Assembly: GCA_965208675.1 (NCBI GenBank)
Contig: OZ242351.1
Location: 64,001 to 128,000, forward strand
Reading direction: 5' to 3'
From: Candidatus Poribacteria bacterium
Lineage (GTDB): Bacteria; Poribacteria; WGA-4E; PCPOR2b
Length of the DNA: 64,000 bases
This document shows, one piece after another, positions 54,590-64,000 of the stretch; position 1 is the stretch's first letter; each line of letters starts with the position of its first letter. The notes below the pieces were generated by a model, which was not told where the DNA came from, did not search any database, and saw only the letters and a program-made list of their open reading frames with translations. Position numbers and translations under genes: made by a program.

Positions 54590-54777
54590 AACGAAGACAT
54601 CTGCTCCTTTCAATTGGTGTGCTCTTGAGTACACCCCATGCAAAATTGATGGTTGTACCTAAATGTCCCTCAAGAGGTAAATTAGTGATTTCTCAGAATT
54701 TGGATGGCTAACGATTAGGATTAAAAGATAACATTTTACAAAAAAAAATGCAAGAAATTTAATTGCAAGAGGATATA

Positions 54778-55542
54778 ATGAAATTTGGAGACAATTGCTG
54801 GGTTGACATTCAACAAGCGGATAAGAATAAGATTGTCGTGATACCGCTCGGATCGATGGAACAACATGGTCATCACTCTCCGCTTTTAACTGATACATAT
54901 CTTGTGACGGAAGTTGCGGTACGGGTGGAAGAACATCTCGGCGAGCAAATCTACATGCTGCCGACGATGTGGCTCGGTGCATCGGATCATCATTTGGATT
55001 TACCCGGCACCGTAAGCGTTACAAACAGCGTCTACACCGCTATAATCAAAAACATCGTTAGGTCAATCGCCCAAGCGGGCTTTCGCCGACTTGTCTTTCT
55101 TAACGGTCATGGCGGAAATGTCACGCCCGGCACGCAAGCGATCACGGAACTTACTAACGAGTCTGACGTTTACAACGACATGTGGATAGCACTATCTTCT
55201 TACTGGACGGTAGCTGCACCGGCGATTTCGCCGGAAAATCACGGTATGCAGACCAAAAAGCTTACGCATGCTTGCGAATATGAAACTTCTATGATGTTGT
55301 TCCTGCATGGCGAAATAATGCGAATGGATCGAGTCGAGTCAAGTCCTCCGTTAATCAATTCTCCGTTTTTCCACAGCGAACATGGCGGACGCCTCAATGT
55401 CGCAAAACGGATGGCAACACGCACGCCAACTGGGGCAATGGGTGAACCGCAATATGCAACACCGGAAAAGGGCGAATCACTCCTGAATGCCATCACTGAT
55501 GAGGTGATTGCTTGTATCGAGGATTTTGCAACTTGGTCGTAG
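54778..55542 (+). CDS. Creatininase-family amidohydrolase
   Basis: PLGSMEQHG, LNGHGGN, HACEYETS. Confidence 0.92.
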   Translation: MKFGDNCWVDIQQADKNKIVVIPLGSMEQHGHHSPLLTDTYLVTEVAVRVEEHLGEQIYMLPTMWLGASDHHLDLPGTVSVTNSVYTAIIKNIVRSIAQAGFRRLVFLNGHGGNVTPGTQAITELTNESDVYNDMWIALSSYWTVAAPAISPENHGMQTKKLTHACEYETSMMLFLHGEIMRMDRVESSPPLINSPFFHSEHGGRLNVAKRMATRTPTGAMGEPQYATPEKGESLLNAITDEVIACIEDFATWS

Positions 55543-55642
55543 TCAACACGTAATCGCAGTTATATTGAGAACGACTCATTTCGACGCAACGTAGTTTCAA
55601 CTGTCAACTTTTACCGAATCCGCAAACGGCTACAACACCTTT

Positions 55643-56137
55643 ATGAACAAGCTGACTCATTTTGACCAAGAAGGTCGCGCTCGAATGGTCGATATCACTC
55701 CGAAATCCGAAACACTGCGGGTAGCCGTGGCGCGCGGCCATATTTCCGCCAAACCGGAGACAATCCGATTAATCGCTGAACATAGCATTGCAAAAGGGGA
55801 TGTCCTTGAGACAGCGCGGCTCGCAGGCATCACGAGCGCCAAGCGTACGGGAGATTTGATTCCGCTCTGCCATCCGATACCGCTGACGGCTGTCAGAGTA
55901 GATCTGTCGATCAACGAAGCGGAATGCCGGATCGAGATTGAGGCAGAGGTGCGAACCATCGGTCGTACTGGGGTGGAAATGGAATCTTTAACCGCCGTTT
56001 CGGTTGCTGGTTTGACTGTCTATGACATGTGTAAAGCGGTCGATCGAGAGATGGTTATCTCCGATGTTCGGTTAATCAAAAAAGTTGGCGGCAAAAGCGG
56101 GTCGTTTACTCGCGGTGATTGCGGCGCGGATTACTGA
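55643..56137 (+). CDS. moaC: Cyclic pyranopterin monophosphate synthase
   Basis: LTHFD..ARMVD, LIPLCHP, TGVEME, YDMCKAVD. Confidence 0.97.
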   Translation: MNKLTHFDQEGRARMVDITPKSETLRVAVARGHISAKPETIRLIAEHSIAKGDVLETARLAGITSAKRTGDLIPLCHPIPLTAVRVDLSINEAECRIEIEAEVRTIGRTGVEMESLTAVSVAGLTVYDMCKAVDREMVISDVRLIKKVGGKSGSFTRGDCGADY

Positions 56138-57030
56138 TGACCCCGGCTTTTGTTTTTCTGGTTCTACTTTCTGCCTGCATTCACGCCCTGTGGAACTGCT
56201 TCAGTAAAGCCAGCCGTTCACCGCAAATCTTCTTCTTCTGGACCGGTGTATTTACTGCAACAATTGCAATTGTCATCTTTGTGGTTCGGCAGCCAACTAT
56301 CCCCCCGTCCGTTCAATTGTACGTCGCCGCGTCCGGGTTGGTTCATTCCGTATACTGGTATTCATTGAGCCAAGCCTACTCGTCAGGCGATGTGTCCTAT
56401 GTCTACCCTATCGCTCGATCGGCACCAGGGTTTGTACCTCTATTTGCGTACCTGTTTTTGCACGAGGCAATCTCAGCCCGAGGTCTGATTGGTATCCTCT
56501 GCGTGGTATTCTCCATTTATCTGTTTCAACAAGGAGGCGGCCGCTTACAGCTTTACGATCTCATCCGGCGTATTGGACAACGAGATGCAATTTGGGCGAT
56601 TTCAACGCTTGGCACGGTAATTACTTATTCGCTGATTGACAAGAAGGGTATGTCCGAATTCCATGCCGCCGGCACAACCCAACTCGCTGTTTGGCACGCC
56701 GTAAGCTACTATTTGACACAAGCGGCAATTTCCGCCGTATTTTACGGTGTGTTTACCTTTCGGCGTTTTGAAAAGCGGGAAATTACGGATATCGCACGGA
56801 GAGAGTGGAGGACAATCATTTTGGCATGCTGGTTGGTACTCATTTCTTACACGATAATTCTATATACATTTATCACGCAAAAAGTGAGTTATGTCGTGGC
56901 AATTCGTCAGAGTTCCGTGATTTTTGCCGTGTGGTTGGGAGCCTATGTGTTAAAGGAATCCAATGCAAAATTGAGATTCGCCGCGGCCGGCGTGATGGTT
57001 GTCGGCGTGTTTTTAATCTCGACAGCGTGA
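56137..57030 (+). CDS. EamA/DMT transporter
   Basis: HALWN, YVYPIARSAP, YSLIDK, VAIRQSSV; about 10 TM segments. Confidence 0.88.
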   Translation: MTPAFVFLVLLSACIHALWNCFSKASRSPQIFFFWTGVFTATIAIVIFVVRQPTIPPSVQLYVAASGLVHSVYWYSLSQAYSSGDVSYVYPIARSAPGFVPLFAYLFLHEAISARGLIGILCVVFSIYLFQQGGGRLQLYDLIRRIGQRDAIWAISTLGTVITYSLIDKKGMSEFHAAGTTQLAVWHAVSYYLTQAAISAVFYGVFTFRRFEKREITDIARREWRTIILACWLVLISYTIILYTFITQKVSYVVAIRQSSVIFAVWLGAYVLKESNAKLRFAAAGVMVVGVFLISTA

Positions 57031-57061
57031 ATTTTCGGTAGGTTGAAAAATTGGTGAGCAT

Positions 57062-57733
57062 TCAGAACGGAAGGGATTTAATAGTATCCCCTATCCAATC
57101 ATTCACTAAAAAATCTACGCGTTGAATCAGCAACGAAACACGCCCCATCACAGTATTGCCGAACGCTGAACCAAATCCGACCATCAGGAATACAATTCCA
57201 ACTTTGGAAATCCCGCCGACAACTCCGCGATGTTCGACCGAGAAAAAGAAATAGGTCAGAGTCGCAACGACTCCAATGAACATTAGTATTGCGCCAAAAA
57301 TTTCAAACGGACCTAGTTTTCCAGCGTAAATCTGCGCGAACGGCACGAGTGTTCCATGAAGCTGACGAAAAATACTTGCATCCATTACATTGGGGATTGC
57401 CAAACCAGAACCTACGCCGATTAGGATTGCGAACGGATATCGAATTATCCATGCGTGTTTTGGAACGAGGCGCGCAAAAAACATCAGGCCAATTGCAATA
57501 GGGATGAGTTTCAGTAAACCTGCAGGCTCCCGCTCCGTCACCGCCTTCCAGAATGGATTCCACGCAAAAGGAATCAACCCATCATGGATTGAAAGTACGA
57601 TGCCGTAGCCTACCGAAACTCCGAGGAAAAGATGCTCGGCGAATCGATAAAATGGATTGTCACGGTAAAGGAAACTGTAGATGCAGAGTGTGAGAAATGC
57701 GGCTACCCAAACACCAAATAATTCCATACGCAA
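57062..57733 (-). CDS. Uncharacterised multi-pass membrane protein (gene 4 of operon)
   Basis: YSFLYRDNPFYRFAEH, YFFFSVEH, FGSAFGNTVMGR. Confidence 0.8.
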   Translation of the reverse strand: MRMELFGVWVAAFLTLCIYSFLYRDNPFYRFAEHLFLGVSVGYGIVLSIHDGLIPFAWNPFWKAVTEREPAGLLKLIPIAIGLMFFARLVPKHAWIIRYPFAILIGVGSGLAIPNVMDASIFRQLHGTLVPFAQIYAGKLGPFEIFGAILMFIGVVATLTYFFFSVEHRGVVGGISKVGIVFLMVGFGSAFGNTVMGRVSLLIQRVDFLVNDWIGDTIKSLPF

Positions 57734-57743
57734 CCCTCCAGGT

Positions 57744-58559
57744 TTATTGTTCTTTGCGGCGCCGAATAAAAAATGCCATATTGCCGAAAATTACCAATAC
57801 GACGATTAGCAGGTGCACAAAAGATTGAACGCTCATTCCTTCGGTCCCCTTCTCGGGTGTGTTAATCAGTTTTTCGTATTCCGCCGCTCCTAAGAGTCCA
57901 GGCATCAGTCCCACCAACTGCTTCGTTTGGAGATAGGGATACAACTCCGATACCATCACACCGGTCACGCCCGCAGCAATCTGTTGGTTATACCGCGTAT
58001 TCGTGTAAGTAATCCACCAAGCCGGTGATGAAGATGACGCCAGGTCTAAAACCAAGTCTATCTGATCATAGTTTTTGATGTCTGCCATCATGGGTATGTC
58101 TCGCAACGGCTTATCGGCATAGTCGCGCTCGTAAACACTTTCGATTGAACTGCCCATACCGAGAAGTACTTGTATCCTGCCGGGGCGATATCCCAAATAC
58201 ACATATTCTTTACCGTTTACCGCGCCTGTTTCTTCCGCGACGTCTTTTATAACTTCATCTCCCAACGTTGCTCCATCCGGAAAAAGCGTCAAACCGATAA
58301 CGCGAAGCCCCTTCTTAAAGCAGTGCCGCAATACAGCGGCCGCCATTGGTTCTAGTTCCGCTAGCGATGAGGGGCCATAGTTAAACGCCATCAAAACGGT
58401 GGCGTTCGGTGGAAGTTCTTCAATGTAGTTGTAAATTTGGCGTGTCGGATCTGAGACTGTGATGGGAAAACTGACTTTTAAGAATGTCGGGATGATTACC
58501 GCGAGTGCTACCAAAATGAATATAATTCGTCGATCGATATTCATCAATCTTTGAAGCAT
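57744..58559 (-). CDS. Uncharacterised membrane protein with soluble alpha/beta domain (gene 3)
   Basis: N- and C-terminal TMs; YVYLGYRPG, PYLQ..GLLGAAEYE. Confidence 0.8.
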   Translation of the reverse strand: MLQRLMNIDRRIIFILVALAVIIPTFLKVSFPITVSDPTRQIYNYIEELPPNATVLMAFNYGPSSLAELEPMAAAVLRHCFKKGLRVIGLTLFPDGATLGDEVIKDVAEETGAVNGKEYVYLGYRPGRIQVLLGMGSSIESVYERDYADKPLRDIPMMADIKNYDQIDLVLDLASSSSPAWWITYTNTRYNQQIAAGVTGVMVSELYPYLQTKQLVGLMPGLLGAAEYEKLINTPEKGTEGMSVQSFVHLLIVVLVIFGNMAFFIRRRKEQ

Positions 58560-58564
58560 CGCCT

Positions 58565-59209
58565 TTAATCTCCTCCACCAAGGTAGGACCGCTCAATCCC
58601 CAAAATAATGCGGATTGATTGAGAAATAACACCGAGGCTGATACCAAGTATGATTCCTCTCCTGGACGAAAGGTTCGGATTATCCAAAATCCACTGCCGC
58701 GCCGTGGACGGCAGGTCATCTCCGAATGGAATTATCTTATTCCAGATAAAATCACCCACCGGCACATTCCCAATCATTACGATCAGCGCGGCTGCAAGTA
58801 GCAATGACGCTTCAAACGTACGTGCCCGGAAGGCGCGGTATGCCGCAGACGCTATAATGAAAGCCAGAAGCGAAAACATGGTTGCATCCATTGGAACTTG
58901 GACATTTTCAAACATCCACACGAATGCAGGGTGACGCTTCCCAAAGGGAATACCAATCACCACCATGGCAATCATTCCAATAAAAACTAGATAACTGTAT
59001 TGCCAATATTCGGCGCGGCGTCGAATACGAACCCAGTGTGTGTGGACAAGGGAGGCAACCGCTAACACGAGTGCAAATGGCCATATGATCAACGACCAAT
59101 CGATAATCTCTTTCCTGATTCCTTGAGATACAGGGTGTGGACTAAACTCGGCGAGCATCATCACAAGACCAAAAAAGAAGCATAGTGCCAACGGAACTTG
59201 TCGTCTCAT
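58565..59209 (-). CDS. Uncharacterised multi-pass membrane protein (gene 2)
   Basis: MFSLLAFIIASAAYRAFRART, RIILGIERSYL. Confidence 0.8.
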   Translation of the reverse strand: MRRQVPLALCFFFGLVMMLAEFSPHPVSQGIRKEIIDWSLIIWPFALVLAVASLVHTHWVRIRRRAEYWQYSYLVFIGMIAMVVIGIPFGKRHPAFVWMFENVQVPMDATMFSLLAFIIASAAYRAFRARTFEASLLLAAALIVMIGNVPVGDFIWNKIIPFGDDLPSTARQWILDNPNLSSRRGIILGISLGVISQSIRIILGIERSYLGGGD

Positions 59210-59275
59210 TCCACCTCCATATCGAAAGCTTGCAACATAAAACGGATTGGGATATTGTGCGTACGGTAGAGATAA

Positions 59276-60442
59276 TCAGACTCGCTGAAAAAACGTGGTT
59301 ACCCACGTTATCCCGAAAAGTTCAAGAATGACTCCAACGATGAGGGCGCCAAAGATTATTAACTTTCCATAATCCTGCCCTCGTAAACTCCCGATCAACA
59401 TCGGCTCGCGTGACAAATACGCGCTTGCGGCGTACAATTCTTCCCCAATCAGCGTGTAGTCGCATGCAGCGATAAAGAACGGCAGTTGCGAGTCAGAGTC
59501 AGTGCCAGCTATTTGTATTGCACCAACAGAATTTCCAGTTTCGGCAAGAATTAGAGATTCCGCGTAGAATGTACCCTGCATGAATATGGCGGCGGGTTTT
59601 TCGCGAATCATCATCCCATCAACGCCAGCCGCATAAGCGAACTGACTTTCAGTTAAGAAAAAGATATCATCCTCCTGATACGCGTCCGGGCGGCCTTCGT
59701 TAACATATGCAGTTCTCACCATCTCACGAACGACGTTCAACACAATTGGATCGTTGCACGGTACCCGTAATGGCATTTCGTAGTCAGCGGTTTTCCGTGC
59801 AACTTGGCTGAGAATGTTCATGCTCGCAATTGTTGCGACGTCACTCACACTTCCCAAGCCCAATATGTACATAATTGGGCGTCCCATCTCGGTCGATCTC
59901 CCGATTGCCTCATCTACTGCCTCAAGCCCAGGAATGCGGCGGATGAATATTTCCTTCCCGCGGCGAGCATGGTAGATAGAGTAAACTACAGCAACCGAAA
60001 ACAGAATAAGCGCGAGGAAAATCCATTTTTTCCCGACGTGGAACCAGTTCCCAACCGCTTTCACAGGCGCTGTCTCTGCGGAATTTACTGCTGCTTCGGA
60101 AGCAGTGATAGCTTGGACGGTATATGTATAAGCAGGACCGCCTTTGGCGCTTTTATCGACATAACGTGTTTCACCCGCTTTGAGAGGGGATTTTGTAATC
60201 ACCTCAAACTCCGAGTCACCTGACTTGCGAAGGACGTGGTACCCGGTGACAGATTCTGAGCCCGCACCATCGTCGGGTGACTTATCCCATGTGATGGTAA
60301 TACTCGCTCCGTCATCATTGGGTGTATCGAATGCGCTAACGTTTTCCGGTGGCCCCGGCGGCTGCGAAAAACCGACACTACAGCCGAAAACTAGTATGAG
60401 AGCGTACACAACAAATTTTTGACGCATCTGTTCAAAATTCAT
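59276..60442 (-). CDS. Signal peptide, fibronectin type III domain, TM and DUF6754-like domain (gene 1)
   Basis: FN3-like pattern (ITITW..YHV..YTYTV); IRRIPGLEAVDEAIGRSTEMG, CDYTLIGEELYAASAY. Confidence 0.75.
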   Translation of the reverse strand: MNFEQMRQKFVVYALILVFGCSVGFSQPPGPPENVSAFDTPNDDGASITITWDKSPDDGAGSESVTGYHVLRKSGDSEFEVITKSPLKAGETRYVDKSAKGGPAYTYTVQAITASEAAVNSAETAPVKAVGNWFHVGKKWIFLALILFSVAVVYSIYHARRGKEIFIRRIPGLEAVDEAIGRSTEMGRPIMYILGLGSVSDVATIASMNILSQVARKTADYEMPLRVPCNDPIVLNVVREMVRTAYVNEGRPDAYQEDDIFFLTESQFAYAAGVDGMMIREKPAAIFMQGTFYAESLILAETGNSVGAIQIAGTDSDSQLPFFIAACDYTLIGEELYAASAYLSREPMLIGSLRGQDYGKLIIFGALIVGVILELFGITWVTTFFQRV

Positions 60443-60580
60443 TCGCTTTCACAGCCTCCTAACGATTCCCATTGTGTCTCTGATTGTTGCCGCGGCAATT
60501 GGCTGCGTCCACCAATCTACCGATAAAACTGTCAACACCGCTGTATTCTAACACATTGGCGCCATCTTTCCAAGACCTAA

Positions 60581-61642
60581 TTAAACCCGCGGTGTCGGGA
60601 CACCAAACGAGGATGCTGTTTCAACTAGTTGATTCCATGTTTTCTCTTCAATTGGAATTCCGGATTTCAACCGTTCTTGCCGGCTTAGAATTTCGTATTC
60701 ACCCGGGGCATAGATGTCTTCAATGCCCGGCAACCGTGGGGACGATTTTACCCAATCAATTAGAGCTTCGATCTCCTCACAATATACTTCTATATCGATA
60801 AAGTCCTCTATTCGTATAGCAATCATAACGATACCGCTGGCACCGCGTGTCGGATTGGCTTGGCTGCATCCCGCCCATGAGAGGCCTCCAGCGATAGCAT
60901 CAATCATGAATCCCAGGCCGAAGCCTTTGTGGCCGAATTGGAAACCGCCGAGCGGCATAATCGCAGAACCGTCCGGGCAATCCCGTAGTACAGATGGATC
61001 AGTTACGGCGTTCCCGTCCCGATCAATCATCCATCCCTCCGGCATTTTTTCATTCCGTGCTGCCTTGAGGAGAACCTTACCGCCCGCCACAACAGTAGTT
61101 GTCATATCGAGTGATAATGGTTCACCACTTTTGCGGGGAACAGCAATGGCAATCGGATTGGGAGGCAATCGCCGAGCGGAACCGCCAAATGCGTGCATCA
61201 ATTGACCGCCGCCATTCAGCAGTACGATGCCAATCATCCCCTCCCTTGCAGCTCTCGGCGGATAATCTCCCATGCGGCCAGCATGCCCGCAGCCGTGCAG
61301 CCCAATGGCGCCAATCGTGTTCGTTCTTGCTTTTTCTATTGCGAGTGCCATCCCCTTGCACGCCGCTACCATCCCAAGCGCCCCGTTCGCATCAATAACG
61401 GCACTCGCCGGTGTCTCGCGAACAATCTCCAACTTATTCGCAGATGCGCCGCCTAGCATTTCATTGACATAAGTAGGGGCGTTAATTACGCCGTGAGAGT
61501 CGTGTCCTGCAAGATTAGAGTCTACAACGTGGTCGCTGACGATTCGGGCATCTTCCTCAACACCGCCCGCCGCAATGTACATATCATTTACAAATTTCCT
61601 GAGAACATTATGTTGAATTACATGCATGAATTTCCTCTTCAC
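60581..61642 (-). CDS. Ldh_2 family oxidoreductase (malate/L-lactate/ureidoglycolate dehydrogenase-like)
   Basis: GHDSHG, HAGRMG, NPIA, LDMTT, GHKGFGL. Confidence 0.9.
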   Translation of the reverse strand: MKRKFMHVIQHNVLRKFVNDMYIAAGGVEEDARIVSDHVVDSNLAGHDSHGVINAPTYVNEMLGGASANKLEIVRETPASAVIDANGALGMVAACKGMALAIEKARTNTIGAIGLHGCGHAGRMGDYPPRAAREGMIGIVLLNGGGQLMHAFGGSARRLPPNPIAIAVPRKSGEPLSLDMTTTVVAGGKVLLKAARNEKMPEGWMIDRDGNAVTDPSVLRDCPDGSAIMPLGGFQFGHKGFGLGFMIDAIAGGLSWAGCSQANPTRGASGIVMIAIRIEDFIDIEVYCEEIEALIDWVKSSPRLPGIEDIYAPGEYEILSRQERLKSGIPIEEKTWNQLVETASSFGVPTPRV

Positions 61643-61691
61643 TAATACTCAGTACCCCGCAAAATCATCTATGCAAGGTCATTATGATTCG

Positions 61692-62774
61692 TTACGCATC
61701 ATATTTCGGCTGGTTGGCTCCACGGTTTCTTTGCAGTCGCAACTTGCATTCCTTTAACGGAATATCTACCCGAGCGCCATTTTGCAGATGCGATTCCATG
61801 AACGCAAAGATTAACTCTGTGCTTGCGTGTGCTACCCGCACACCGCCGCGCGTCGGTTCGCCGGTATCTAAAGCGTGAACCAAATCCTTAATGAGATTCG
61901 CCGTGCTGCTTGTGTTTTCAAATTCGGGAAATCGCTCAAGTGCAAAACTAGCGCCCCATCCGGGAATATTTGTTTGGCGGCGCAAATTCCACCGCCAGCC
62001 GTTGTTGAAACACGCGAGACTGCCTCTTTCACAAATGGCTTCCCATTCGCTCGAACGCGGCGATAAAAGCGCGTAACCCGTTACGCCGTTTTGGAACTGA
62101 ATCATTCCGTGAGCTACAGGATCTTCACGCACAATATCACCGTCGAATACCCCTTCGCTATTGGGGACATGTGCCGACACCCATGACGCAGGCACATCAG
62201 AATTTAATCGAAGGATCAGATCAAAGTTATGACTGGCGGTGTTGAAAAGGGTTCCATTAGCGTAGACAATCAAAGTTTTGAGCGAGCCTAACTCGCCGCT
62301 GTCGATGATTTCTTTCATTGTGTCGAAGCCCACATCCCAACGGCGGTTTGTACCCAAGTTAAAAAAGACACCGTTGCGTTCAACGGATTCTACCATCGCC
62401 TCCGCTTCGTCCATTGAGGCAGCCATTGCCTTTTCAGCGTAGATTGCTTTTACATTGTGTTCAGCAGCATGGATGACGATTTCTGCACGTTGTTCCGGCT
62501 GCGTCGCGATACTCACGATATCGGGTTGTTCCTTCTTGATTAACTCTCGGTAATCGATATATTGCCGTTTTTTTGGCACTTCGTACCGCGTCCCGAATAC
62601 CGCCATAACTTCAGCGCGAAGATCCGAGCAGGCGATAAGGTCAATTCGCTCTTCCGCGTAGAAACCCGCTGCGTGCGAATACGGTAGTGCAATCCCGCAG
62701 TTGCCGATAACTTCGTTGTCAATGAATGCTCCCATTCGGCTACAGCCAATTACAGCAGCACGGTATGTTTTCAT
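61692..62774 (-). CDS. Gfo/Idh/MocA oxidoreductase
   Basis: AAVIGCSRMG, PDIVSIAT, YAEKAMA. Confidence 0.9.
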   Translation of the reverse strand: MKTYRAAVIGCSRMGAFIDNEVIGNCGIALPYSHAAGFYAEERIDLIACSDLRAEVMAVFGTRYEVPKKRQYIDYRELIKKEQPDIVSIATQPEQRAEIVIHAAEHNVKAIYAEKAMAASMDEAEAMVESVERNGVFFNLGTNRRWDVGFDTMKEIIDSGELGSLKTLIVYANGTLFNTASHNFDLILRLNSDVPASWVSAHVPNSEGVFDGDIVREDPVAHGMIQFQNGVTGYALLSPRSSEWEAICERGSLACFNNGWRWNLRRQTNIPGWGASFALERFPEFENTSSTANLIKDLVHALDTGEPTRGGVRVAHASTELIFAFMESHLQNGARVDIPLKECKLRLQRNRGANQPKYDA

Positions 62775-62828
62775 AATCTAAACTCCTATACCTCGAACTT
62801 GAGCACGAGTTTAAAAATTTTACCTGAT

Positions 62829-63944
62829 TTACACAAGTGCCTCACCTGTTTCGTTGTCAAAAAGATGTATCCGTTCAGGAACGAAACTCATCCAAATCTT
62901 CTGTCCATTCCGGACTTCATGGGTAGGAGCTGTACGGGCTTTTACGATAACATCTGTACCTTCTTCATTTTTTCCAAGCAATATATCAACAATAGTTTCG
63001 GCGCCGAGAGGTTCAAAGCCATAGACCTCCGCAGCGATGCTGCCTTCATCCTGTTCGGAACTTACCACCACATCCTCTGGATGCACTCCCAAAATTAGCT
63101 TGCTACTCACACTAGACTCGATCAGATCGTGAGCAATCCGCTTATCTTTAATCTCAATCTGGGGTTTTCCAATTAGTGTCAATACTGTACTCTCATCAAC
63201 GATAGCAAAATTACAAGGGATTAGGTTTATGCTGGGATTGCCAATAAAGTTCGCGACGAGAATATTGGCCGGTGATTGATAAATGTCTGTTGGCGTACCG
63301 ACTTGCTGGATGCATCCCCGGTCTAACACCGCGATTCGATCTGCCATCGACATGGCTTCAATCTGATCATGCGTAACATATAACGTAGTTGCCTTTAGTT
63401 GACGCTGCCGCCACTTAATTTCCGCCCGCATCTCGGCGCGAAGTTTTGCATCAAGATTAGAAATTGGTTCGTCCATTAGAAAAAGCCGCGGGTGCCGCAC
63501 CATGGCGCGGCCTAGCCCAACGCGCTGCGTTTCACCGCCGCTAAGTTGATTCGGTTTGCGCTGCAGGAGGTGCCCGATGTGCAACATCTCGGCAATGTCG
63601 TTCACCCGACGATTGATTTCTTCTTCCGGCATTTCACGTGGATACAGCGGGAATGCCATGTTCTGGTAGACCGTCAGATGCGGGTAGAGTATGTGCGATT
63701 GAAACACAAAGGCGACATCTCGTTCAGCCGGGATAAAATCGTTGATTCGCTCACCATCAAAATAGATTGAACCCTCATCGGGGCGGTCAAGTCCAGCGAT
63801 GCACCGCAGTGAGGTCGTCTTACCTGCTCCCGTTTGACCAAGTAACACGAAGAATTCCTCGTTTTTTATCTCTAAATTGATGTTGTCAAGGGCTACAACT
63901 TCATCAAATCGTTTCGTGAGGTTTTCCAGTTTAACGGCTGTCAT
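62829..63944 (-). CDS. MalK-like sugar ABC transporter ATPase
   Basis: GQTGAGKT, LSGGE, LMDEPISNLDAKLR, YVTHDQ, TOBE-like tail. Confidence 0.93.
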   Translation of the reverse strand: MTAVKLENLTKRFDEVVALDNINLEIKNEEFFVLLGQTGAGKTTSLRCIAGLDRPDEGSIYFDGERINDFIPAERDVAFVFQSHILYPHLTVYQNMAFPLYPREMPEEEINRRVNDIAEMLHIGHLLQRKPNQLSGGETQRVGLGRAMVRHPRLFLMDEPISNLDAKLRAEMRAEIKWRQRQLKATTLYVTHDQIEAMSMADRIAVLDRGCIQQVGTPTDIYQSPANILVANFIGNPSINLIPCNFAIVDESTVLTLIGKPQIEIKDKRIAHDLIESSVSSKLILGVHPEDVVVSSEQDEGSIAAEVYGFEPLGAETIVDILLGKNEEGTDVIVKARTAPTHEVRNGQKIWMSFVPERIHLFDNETGEALV

Positions 63945-64000
63945 AGGACGATTGTAGAGAAACAGGGACATTTACAAACGACAATATGCTCAATTATGAA

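Overview
Bacterial chromosomal window. UBact, a PhyH dioxygenase and dense GTAG-type REP repeats suggest a Candidatus Poribacteria-like organism (inference). In order: a partial hypothetical gene and valS; a UBact-proteasome locus (arc, dop, ubact, prcB, prcA, pafA); a damage-tolerance block (SRAP, dnaE2, a very short imuB-like gene, no imuA); a REP-rich region with a pseudogenised trypsin-like protease; and a ~21 kb hybrid CRISPR locus. The CRISPR locus has a NE0113-type CARF-wHTH gene, type III-A cas10-csm2-5, a Csx1-like CARF-HEPN gene, a small CARF gene with an apparently premature stop, cas6, type I-B cas8b1-cas7-cas5-cas3-cas4-cas1-cas2, and one array of 47 perfect repeats plus 1 degenerate repeat (47 spacers). 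After it come an HTH gene whose promoter is bracketed by two identical 35-bp boxes, a partner-switching cluster with no sigma factor, a four-gene uncharacterised membrane operon (FN3/DUF6754-like), and metabolic/ABC genes. The strongest unexplained signal is in the array: the 13 leader-proximal spacers contain a single CA/TG dinucleotide in about 470 nt, while the older spacers do not show this bias, pointing to a recent invader whose genome avoids CA/TG. All family assignments come from motif recognition by eye, not database searches.
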